This document shows, one piece after another, positions 26,601-37,044 of a stretch of 64,000 nucleotides of DNA. The translations under genes and the position numbers were made by a program. How positions within the stretch are numbered: position 1 is the stretch's first letter; every line of letters begins with the position of its first letter. The notes under the pieces are model-generated. The model saw only the letters and a program-made list of their open reading frames with translations. It ran no database searches and was not told the DNA's origin. This DNA comes from Pecten maximus (taxonomy: Eukaryota), in NCBI RefSeq assembly GCF_902652985.1, contig NC_047026.1:30690001-30754000 (forward strand), written 5' to 3'.

Positions 26601-29004
26601 TATTTCAAAAACCATGCATGTGGTTGACAGTGAAAAGATATGTATATAATCTTTAGTGAGTTATCATTTCATATTAGTTTTATGGAAAGAGTCTTAGAAG
26701 TATTTTTTTAAATAAAATTTTGTTTTCGTTATTGCGAGCAGTGGCAAGCAAATATTGGAGACAAATATTACCGAGTATAATATGAAATGAAAACAATTTT
26801 AAGATAGTTCTTATCACAAAACTCAGAAAACTTACATTTTGACAGGTTTTGAGGAGAATATGTGGAAGCCAATACCAAACGGAGGCAGCCATTTTATTTC
26901 GCAATGTATACCTCATGACATCACGTAATTGTCCATATCAAATTGACATATAAAAAATATTACATGACTGAATTCGCTGGATAACAGACCAATTGTGTGA
27001 TACATGTATAATATCGTGATTAGAACCCTTGGACTTAAAATATACATTTCACAACAACTGCCTAAACTAATTAATGAACACGGACTGTAATCAAATATAA
27101 ACTTTCACTGGACTGCAATATGCGATCTGACGTTAATTTTAACTGTTAACGGGCATTTCAAGTCTTCGCATTAAAGTTGACGTGATTTTAAAACGGGAAG
27201 CTATTAAAAAGTACATGTATAAGTTTTGAGTGGGGTACAGGGAATAACTTTGTAATATTAATATAGTTACATAGATGTCCTGCGATTTACATGAATCAAT
27301 GATAATAACATATTAATGTTCTGACAAGTTTCAACGACATATGCAAATATTTATGAGACGCATCTGTCAGAAACTATATCGTTGTCATCTTTTGATAACA
27401 ATAGGCGTTTAACAATGTATACCTCAATATACATGTTGCCCTAGCCTGCCTGTTACTCTAGCCTAACCTATTTGTAACAAAATGAGACTATAAATATATC
27501 TAGAGACGATCATTCCATTTGTTTTAGATTCACCGATTATCACGATGAGAAAAATCTCCAGAATACACATATCATATATATATATCTGCAATTTGACGGG
27601 AGTGATAATAAAACTCAAGGGTATTGATAGCCAGAACGATAATTTAGTTTTGTCTGTGAAGTCCTTTGTCAGAAGGTATTGTAGAATATACATACACTGA
27701 AGCATTGTTAGTTTGTACGGTTACACTGGTAAACAATATCTAATCAATGAATTATTGACTCGTTTCGGAATAGAATCTTGTAATCTTTAGTGTTTTTTAA
27801 ATGACTGTTGTAGCTTTCTTTATCAACTTCGTGCTGTGTTATTTAAGCGAAATACTGGTCAACTGGTCTGTTTGAAACATAGGGGTTACAAATGGGTTAA
27901 AAGGTAACGCTTGCATTCAAGGTAATATGTTCCAGCGACTGGTCGATTGTTATATCAGTTGACATTTTCTATTCCATACTTTATCACTGAATTTTCAAAT
28001 TTTTCGAATTATAGACGCAGATCCCTAGTGTAATATCGTCTTCTTAAAGCTAAGATGACTAAACATTTAAGAACGATGTGTCCGTCTATTTGCATTTAAA
28101 TAGCTGTTTGCGGGTGAGTAAGGTTCAGTGAAGTAGGAAATAGTTGTAGCGACCCGTACCTGTACTGACAACACATACACTCCGCCAAACAGATCCCAGG
28201 AATGGCCATCTGGTAACCAATTAAATTATGAGAAAACCAAAACATTTCATAGTATTTGTCGTATATATGTGAACACAATTTTGAACTTTGATGCGTTTCC
28301 TGTCGAATACAAAGACAAATAACCTTGCATCCGTCTATGCGTATATTACTTGACTATCATTATTAAGTCTCATATGCAGGTATATTATAGTCTGTGTTAG
28401 GCGTTTCCATGTAATTATGGTATCGTTTGCTTGAAATGTAATAGTAAATGTGTGTACTAATTAGTTTACCTGTATTTAATACCCAGTTGTTGGGGATATT
28501 GGTTTCACATAATGCCATCAACTTTGAATAACCTAGTTATTCTAGTACATAGTAGAGTTTTCGTATTTGTGACACATTTGAATCATTTTACTGATTGTTG
28601 ACTTAGGAACTATTGCATTTAAAGATCGCCTTTAAAGTAATTATATGTTTGTTTTGAATTTATGAAGATTTTTGGTATACTAAAGAAAAAAACTAGAATT
28701 TAAAACATATTCATACAACAAACCTTTTTCTAAAGTGCTCAAAATAGTAATAATATAAAATTAATATATGAAACAATTATTCGCATTCAGTTCAAAAATA
28801 TTTAAATGTTACTGCTATATCGTTACACTGTTATACTAACTTTTTATAAAAATGCGTTATCCAAGAGGCTGCAAATGTTTGCAAATGAGTGTTATAACTA
28901 ATGATGTTGAAATTTACCTGAATAGTTCCTAGTCCAACATAATGACAGAACTCCTGTCCATTTAGAAACCGCATTCTGGGTGGCTTATATTTAGTGGAAT
29001 CCAT
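21101..29004 (-). CDS. Aldo-keto reductase family 1-like protein, 10 exons, 334 aa, catalytic Tyr and His substituted
   Basis: Exons 29004-28918, 26243-26073, 24709-24593, 24335-24258, 23852-23730, 23428-23322, 22394-22313, 21953-21870, 21581-21499, 21173-21101. All GT-AG, 1005 nt in frame. Motifs [59 protein letters not shown]. Confidence 0.93.
23662..23696. repeat. (GATT)n microsatellite in AKR intron 5
   Basis: About 8 tandem GATT units. Confidence 0.9.
25927..26019. repeat. Degenerate hairpin in AKR intron 2, possible transposon terminus
   Basis: ggtgtataaactgtatgtttttacagatattt pairs imperfectly with aaatatctgtacaaaaatgcagtttacatacc. Confidence 0.6.
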
Positions 29005-30400
29005 GTTGACCGACTACCAATTACGGAGGGTATTAATTGTGATCGACTACCAGGCAGTTGTGTTAAGTACACGGCGTTGTGATAGGTATCAAAGGCGTGC
29101 ATTATTTCTGTTATTAATTAGTCGTAACGAGGTCCTTAAAGGGACTAAATGGCTAGATTTCCACTTAAATAATATATAAAAAAGGGTATACGATTTAAAA
29201 TCATGTAAAAAGTTAAGCACTTTATGTTAATTATACATTTCAAAAGTGTCCATAACAATTTGTTAAAATTTAATGAAAAAAATAAAATAAATTTGATTAA
29301 CCTAGTAAGTATTTCATATTATTATTTTTTGATGTGTGTAAACAAATACCTCTGTGTACGTTTGCGCATGCGCGATGCGGGAAATTGGAAACATCATAAC
29401 AAAAATGGCGAACACCCGATCTAAGTGGAAGGGTTCTGAATCAGTTTTAACCGAGAGCATGAAGAAACGAATAATCGAGAACGTGATTTTAACTTCACAA
29501 AGACGAACACGTATCTTAGAGACAGAGCAAGCAGATGGCATCAGTTAAAAAAGACCGAAGGGATTAAAACAGACCCTCCTTTGGCCAAGCTAATGCCTTG
29601 AACAGGTTAGTTGACAGCACTGGAGTTCGATGTTTCGTAGATCAACTGTCGTGTACGCCAAGATGATGACTTGATAGTACTTGATGGTACATAATTATCA
29701 TAAATGGTAACAACTGATATCGAGATTAAGCTTAAGAAAGGTCACGTAGTGTTAACACGGCATGAATCGCTTGGTATTGGCCTCAACATGTCCTAAATGG
29801 GCCCCCTAAATGGGAATACAAATCAAAGGGGGCGCCCAAGAGGGGATTTTGACATTTGTCAAATTAATCGTATTATACCAGAAAGTAAACTTGATGACTT
29901 TATGCTTTTGTTAGACTGCCTGTATATTACACATTATGTTTACATTGTGTTATTAATATTCCGTTGTACAGTTTTGAAAGCAAGCCTGAGATCTAGAGCG
30001 TACGTAGATCTGGTCATAAAGAAACTGCATGAAGCCAATGAATTCGAAGATGACCACAGGCGACATGGAGTCCAGCCACTACGGACGACACGATTACTAG
30101 TCGCACTTAGGTATTTTTCATAGTTAATTAATTACAAATCCTAGAGGCCATTAATTAGCAAATATTTATATAAATCATTAGCATTTGGATGCGAAGGAAG
30201 AACATTATTTATTTATTGAGTCGTATAATTAGAAAGTCGTGGAATAGTTTCTGTCGATGCTAATTAACATTCAAAATTCTCATAATTATACAACACAAGT
30301 CATGTATCACTGTGAACTGTTATTACGTTATGATTTACATATTGATGTACAAAAAATTGTAGATATATATACGTATATAGGCGTCAAGTTTGATTACATG

Positions 30401-33317
30401 TGTTGTGGAACAGCATTGTATTTTACGTACGGTTCCGAGGATTCCGGGTAGTTATCCTCCGGAAGGCCTTGTGCCTTTATATTACCTATGTTTTAGCCCT
30501 CAGTTATCGGTTAGACCTCGGAGCAATACAGACGTTTATTCCTGTCGTTGCTGTTTTGTCTGACAACATCGTCATACAGATATGATAACTCATTCCTGAC
30601 ATGTTACACCACTCGATTCCACAACATTGGTGTCAGAAGTGGGATTTTATATGCCTGAACCCTCGGAAATCGAGTGAGATGTGATAGATTTTGTATACGT
30701 TTTTGTGGGAATCATTGTTTAGTTTTCCCATTAGCTTTTTGCAGTATGCACATTTTTGATGTTTCCCGGCTTTGTACAGTTCTGTTTCCGGTTGAAATGT
30801 CCTTTTGTGACCATTGTTATTACTTTGTATAATTTTTCAGTTTTGATTTTGATAATGTAGATTGTACAAATTCCTTTATGTACGCATAGGACCTATACCT
30901 GATCAGTTTACCTGTGGTTCGGTACGTGAGCTGTTTTCACTGGCTAATCACTCGTTGGTACTAGCCGATGCCCTGCCACTTGTTTGAATTGAATGGTCAC
31001 TTTACTCTGTGCATTTATTATTCATTTCATTGTACAGTTTACCTGTGTCATTTAGTATACATATTTTATACATTTTCCATAAGAACTTCTTGTTTCAGCT
31101 AGCTTTATTGTCGACTCGGATGCTAACGCTGGTTGTCTACTGAAGTTGCTTTTTTGTGAATATTAACTACATCACATTGGATTATTTAATCCATTTTTGT
31201 CACACAGGTATTCTAAACTTTTTTTCTGTGATTTTTTAAAATTATTTTGTACACTTTGCTGTGTCGGCTTACTTTTTGTATGATACATTTCCGCCTGCAT
31301 TTTTTTAGGCGGGGAGGAAGCTGATGCTATGTTGTTGTATTCATACATCAAATACACTTAAATTGTGTTCACGGACGGAACGAAGTGCCATTATCTGAAT
31401 TCAATACATGTTCATGGACGGAACGAGACGCCATATTTGGATTCAATACATATTTAACTTTTGTGTATGTGGTTAGGTGAGGTAATCTCATCAGCCGTTA
31501 TGCAAAAGTAGTATGATTATATGACTTTGTGCCCAGCGATAACTCTTGACATGTTTTCTCTGTACTTAAATTTGTTCATATTAAGACACATCATCGGATA
31601 TCGTACAATGTCGGATTTTCTAACGAGTGAAGTATTCTGATACATGTGCTTGTATTGTAAATTGTTAGTCTTTTTTCATTATTGTAAACGGATACTGTGT
31701 AATGTCGGATACTCTGACGTGCATGGCTATCTGAATTTTCCCCATGTGTTGTAAATATTTGTAATCAGATATTGTGCAATGTCGGATACTCTTGTGTACA
31801 TATTTATCTGAGTTCTTATACTGTACTGTAAATGTTCATTGTTGTCTGTAGTATAACTTGGTACACTGATTATCGTTGTAAATATGCATTCGTTAAGTTA
31901 TGATGAGCTTGTGACTATATGTAGGAAAGAGCTGTACCTTGTTTCAAAAGGTTCTAGTGAATCACTTGATGGTTACGCTGATAGAATCACAAATTTAGCT
32001 ACAGCTGGATATTGGAAGTGTGGGGAGGATATCATCAAACGTACAGCAATAGACATGTTCCTCAAAACTGTGATGGAAGAGGAAGACTACTATACAGTTG
32101 TGGACAACGAATTGGCAAAATCATTAGAAGATGCCATTACAATTGTTAAAGAGAATAAGTTGAGAGAAAATGAACCAACTGAAACAGGGAGCGAGAGCGT
32201 GAAATACACCACAGGGGAACACAAAGATAAGATGGTTGACGCGAGGGTGCAAATGGAGGATGAGTCTGTTCGGACGCGAAGCAACATACAGAGTATCGAG
32301 AGCGCTCTGGACAATGGCATAAAAGCAAAAGGAAAAAAGAGGAGAAGAAGAGCCCACAGGAAAAAGAAGATCCAGATGAATTTGCCAAGTAACCTGTGTG
32401 ATGTACGCCAAACTCAGCATGAATATCGTCAAAAGCGGCAACAACATCTAACTCATCAACATCTACATCAGCATCATTCTCCTCCAAATACCAGCTCCTT
32501 TCCTCTACCACCACCGCCATATATCCCTCATCAAGGTGAACCGGGCTTTCCACCTCAACCACTTTCATCGCCACCTCCATATGTTCCCTATCATGTACAT
32601 GTACCAACCACACTGCCTCCTCCACCAATGCCAATTCTATATGTTCCAGTAGTACCCGCCATGTACAATAGTTACAATGCAGTACACAACTGTGTACTAG
32701 GTTTCAAAAACAGGACCGGTGGGAACTTGCTGTACATAGTCCCGGTTTTAGAAAATCTGATATTTTAGTTACATTTCCAAATGTTGTATTTTAAGATACA
32801 AGTATTGTGATCAAGTTCCAAGTTTTATAACAAACACATATTTTGTAGGTTTGATAACATTACTTGGACTACTGTTACTAGCTGTTTTTTAAGAGTTTAG
32901 CTGTGATGAATCATAGTTTTTATATACAATTTAAAAACGACACGATGTTATCATCTGCTATGGTCACCTCTCAGTAACCTCATCAGAGTGCAAGTATACT
33001 TTACCATTTAGTACTGTAGTTTTATTGTATAGAATTCATGCTGACCTTTTGTCTTTTATAACGTATCGCACTCTTAGTAAACGGGGAGGAATGTTGTGGA
33101 ACAGCATTGTATTTTACGTACGGTTCCGAGGATTCCGGGTAGTTATCCTCCGGAAGGCCTCGTGCCTTTATATTACCTATGTTTTAGCCCTCAGTTATCG
33201 GTTAGACCTCGGAGCAATACAGACGTTTATTCCTGTCGTTGCTGTTTTGTCTGACAACATCGTCATACAGATATGATAACTCATTCCTGACATGTTACAC
33301 CACTCGATTCCACAACA
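30401..33317 (+). mobile_element. Non-autonomous gag-only LTR retrotransposon (TR-GAG-like), 2917 bp
   Basis: 226-bp LTRs 30401-30626 and 33092-33317 (1 mismatch seen), termini TGTTGTGGAA...TTCCACAACA, CATG TSD. Primer binding site TGGTGTCAGAAGTGGGAT (30628-30645, complementary to tRNA-Leu(CAA) 3' end); polypurine tract GGGGAGGAA. No pol. Confidence 0.93.
31884..32768 (+). CDS. gag: Gag-like protein, 294 aa: capsid C-terminal-like region, basic stretch, His/Gln and Pro-rich tail
   Basis: ESLDGYADRITNLATAGY...AIDMFLKTV...KSLEDAITIV resembles retrotransposon capsid helices; only long ORF between the LTRs. Confidence 0.7.
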   Translation: MHSLSYDELVTICRKELYLVSKGSSESLDGYADRITNLATAGYWKCGEDIIKRTAIDMFLKTVMEEEDYYTVVDNELAKSLEDAITIVKENKLRENEPTETGSESVKYTTGEHKDKMVDARVQMEDESVRTRSNIQSIESALDNGIKAKGKKRRRRAHRKKKIQMNLPSNLCDVRQTQHEYRQKRQQHLTHQHLHQHHSPPNTSSFPLPPPPYIPHQGEPGFPPQPLSSPPPYVPYHVHVPTTLPPPPMPILYVPVVPAMYNSYNAVHNCVLGFKNRTGGNLLYIVPVLENLIF

Positions 33318-33589
33318 CATGTTCTGGTCTATAGTATATGACACATATTGTATATAATCAGTTTAAAAACATAACCAATTCCTATACATGTATTGGTTTG
33401 TAATCAGATACCACCAACCGATCAATTTTCGATAACAATTTTTTTTTCTTATTAAAACGAATGGATTTGAAATATTGTTTTTGTTTAGCAGCTACCAATA
33501 ATCGATTTTTTTGTAATTAATAATTTGAATCAGAAAAAGTGAACCAATCAGTTTTGACCACTATAATTCATGCATGAGCTGCATGCATG

Positions 33590-33726
33590 TGTAGCGGGAC
33601 TGGACTGAGTCGATCAACAGTGACCAGGTAGCTCAATAGTTGGTAGAGCATCCGGCTGGTATTGGGAGGTCCGAGTTGGAACCCCGGTCTGGCCGCTTAC
33701 GCTACATTATCTCCTCTCCTGTTACA
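33590..33726 (+). mobile_element. 137-bp solo LTR containing a tRNA-like Pol III cassette
   Basis: Termini TGTAGCGGG...CCTGTTACA, CATG TSD (33586-89, 33727-30); A-box-like GGTAGCTCAATAGTTGGTAGAGC and B-box-like GAGTTGGAACCC. Confidence 0.65.
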
Positions 33727-34699
33727 CATGTATCCTCTACTGTTAACACTTGTTGAAAATTGCTGAATTCTTAGTGTATTAGGTAAGATATTGTGCAATT
33801 GGAGATTGAAAAACTTCTGGAGTATCAATTTTGTGAATTTAGTAATATTTTTTTTTTTTTGCATTATATATTGATAGTGATTGATTCACCAAATTAATGT
33901 AATAACACCATGATTAGTTAAGTTATTTCCCATGGTGTTTTCTGGCCTAATGGCCATCTTCATGTGCTTCATTTATTTGTCGTCTTGGATACCACATTAT
34001 GATGTCACATATACAATATCATGCCTTAAGATGGTCATTAGGCCTGAAAACGTAAGCGAAACACAACATATGTTGTGTTGAATTTACATTTTTCAACTAT
34101 TGATACTGGTATACATATTTAAGACCCAGCAGAAGCCTTGATTGTGTGTAGAGGCTAATTAAGCTTGAATGTGAGTTGAGAAAATGTTGACAGGCAAATT
34201 ATTTGATGAAAAATCAGACAAAATATCGTGAAGAGCCATCTTTGCATGATAAATAATGACTGCTATGTTTCAATATAAGGCATGATTATAATATTGCCAA
34301 TTTTGCACATTTTGTTGGTTTGTGTAACTGGAAATTACATTGATTTTGTGTAAGAAAATATCTTTTTTTCTTCTTATAGATATCACAGGATTTATAACAC
34401 AAAAGTTCTTGGAGGACAATAGTGCCGTACAAGATGGAAAGGACATACCAACACATCCAGGGACTCGTCAATCTGATAGTGGCCAACAGAATAATGGATA
34501 GAACTGGAATATCTAGCCAAAACCCTTGCATCAAATAGATCCCAGAAGATTCAAACTCCTAGCCCATGCTCCTCCACCATCTACTGCCCAAATGGTAGAG
34601 GAGAAGAAATCCCAATTAAGATGAATGGGAATAATTGACATTTTGACACTAATCACGTTCCAGAGACTATTACTTTTGAATATCTGTCCTTACGTTTAG

Positions 34700-35313
34700 T
34701 AGCTGACCTGGTCCGAAGGACCAAGGTGAGTATGCCATACTGAGGCGTCCGGCATTCGTCTGTCAACATTGTGAACACAATATTTGAATAACTTGAGTAA
34801 ATGTCAGAATATACCAAATTTGATAAAACTTTATACGCAGCCATATATCGACAAGATCTCAGACAACTTCAAAAATAGAAATTATTGGACAGTAGTTTGC
34901 AGAGTTTTTTGCCCTTTGTTATGGTCTTATTATTAACATTTTTTTAGTTCACTGGTCAGAATGGAAACTCTTTTAGAAATTCTACTAGTCCTGAACAATT
35001 AAATGGATTTGATGAAATTTGGTCAGGAGAATTATGTGGCAATGTTATATGTTGCATAAATGAAGCATCACCATCATCTGAGTGGCACCTTTCGGGGCAA
35101 AATAAGAGAATTACCTGGTATAGCAAAAAAAAAAGAAGATTTAACTCTTTTTTTTTTTCAAGAATTACATCTAGTCCACTTGTAGTTTGAACCATTGTTG
35201 GGAGAGGTAGTTCAAAAGTAGAAAAATGTTTGAAATGTAACTTAAATTTGAGTATTATGCCATCATTACTGAATTATCCAGGTTAGCGATGCAGGCCCTC
35301 TGGGCCTTTAGTT
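34700..35313 (+). mobile_element. Helentron-associated non-autonomous element (HINE-like)
   Basis: Subterminal inverted repeat gctgacctgg / ccaggttagc, 5' hairpin ggtccgaaggacc, 3' hairpin aggccc-tct-gggcct followed by a T-rich end. Confidence 0.65.
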
Positions 35314-35537
35314 TATTGGTATAATGTTACTATAATAGCTTAGCTGTTATCCATTCCATTAATGTCATATGATAATCAGTGCAGCCTTAATTTCAAAATT
35401 TATATAATCTCAAGAGACAAACAACATTGTCTGGTCTGAAATTTAAATGCTTAGTCAAAAATGATTATTCATAGCTGTACATGTGTGCACTATTGAAATA
35501 TTCATGTTAACACAAGTAATTTATAAACTCTCAAAAT

Positions 35538-35765
35538 TCATTTATGTCAACACCCACTAGTACTCAATAGTTTTTAATGTCAACACACACTAGTACTCAA
35601 TAGTCATGGATGACAACACTCACTAGTACTCAATAGTCATTTATGTCAACACTCACTAATACTCAATTGTCATATATGTCAACACTCACTAGTACTCAAG
35701 TCATGTATGTCAACACTCCATAATACTAAATAGTCATTGATGTCAACACTCAATTATCACTGATG
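35538..35765 (+). repeat. 33-bp minisatellite, ~7 copies
   Basis: Unit TCATTTATGTCAACACTCACTAGTACTCAATAG. Confidence 0.85.
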
Positions 35766-36021
35766 CCAACAATTGTCATTGATGTTAAGTCACTAGTCAT
35801 GGCAGTCAACTTTCTCTAATCATTGATGCCAATGCTTACATCTGAGCAAGACAATAAATACAATGTGGTAAATTCTTTATTTGCATGTTTGACTTTTCTC
35901 AGTGTTTTCTATATCAAAACTATTTGTGAGACAAATTGTACTGTGCATTTACTGTTTTGTGTATTATCAACATCATAAGTCACTGTTCTGTTGATATTCT
36001 GATAAATTAGGATTGCATCTT

Positions 36022-36511
36022 TAGGTCACCTGAGATGAAGTATGAAGTGACCTATTCTAACTGACTTTTGTCCGTCGTCTTTCGTTGTTTGTCTTCAAAC
36101 AATTTGTCAGTAAGCTTTCATGGTCAAAAGGTCAACCAAAACTGTGGATTACATAGTCCCAACCCCCAGGGACCTGAGGGGCAGGGTCAAAAAGCTTAGG
36201 GGTCAAATTGACTAAAATTTAAAAGATCTTCTCAGCTCGCAGATATGTTAGAATCATATGCTGGTGTCTTTAACAAAAATTGTGAATTTCATGACCCTGA
36301 AGGGGGACTAAAATTTATATAGGGAAATCACAATTTTGATCAGCATTTGTTTGATTTCTATTGAAATTCATTCTAACTTCATTAAAATTATCAGCATGGG
36401 ATGACATGCACATGTTGGCCCTGACTGACCTTCTGGGCGAGGCTAAAAAGGGTCAATTAAATTGAATATTTCAAAACTCAGGTGACCATTAAGGCCAATG
36501 GGCCTCTTGTT
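36022..36511 (+). mobile_element. Helentron-associated non-autonomous element (HINE-like)
   Basis: Subterminal inverted repeat ggtcacctgag / ctcaggtgacc, gtccgtcgtc simple repeat, 3' hairpin aggcc-aatg-ggcct then cttgtt. Confidence 0.7.
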
Positions 36512-36957
36512 TTACATAATCCAGTATCAGTGAAAACTGATGCATATGAAATATGGTAAATAAAACAAAAGGTTTCTATGAATTCAATGATGTAATTTAT
36601 TTTGGTTTTATATCAAACCTTTTCACTGCACAGGTGTCAAAACAACTTCCTTGAAATAAGATAATTCAGCTTATGTGTATGGGCAAACAGACAAGGTGAT
36701 TACCAATAAAATGCTTAAATTTTCACGATTTCTATATTTTCTTTACTCCTGTCACCTTGACCTCTACCCATATATAATTAGACTGCATGCTCTGCTGACT
36801 TGCCAATCAAGATGATATTGAGGTTGACTGAAATACAAGAACATGTAACATATAAATGAACATAATTGTACATGTAGGTAAACTTGAGAATAGTCCAATT
36901 CCTCAATCCATGACTGTCATTGAGACTGTCAGCTAATCATTGAATTATTAAAACAGT

Positions 36958-37044
36958 ATGGACATCAGTATTGTGAATTAAATATCTCATTTATATCGAT
37001 GATAAATTGATATAAATGAGATAATCAACAATACTCATATCCAT
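36958..37044. repeat. Degenerate hairpin
   Basis: atggacatcagtattgt..tatctcatttatatc / gatataaatgagata..acaatactcatatccat. Confidence 0.6.

Noticed and set aside
28120-28260. Possible alternative AKR first exon ([12 protein letters not shown])
   Set aside because: Weak similarity, and the donor phase does not fit exon 2.
33622-33695. Functional tRNA gene
   Set aside because: Degenerate T-loop and anticodon arm; lies inside a TSD-flanked LTR-like unit.
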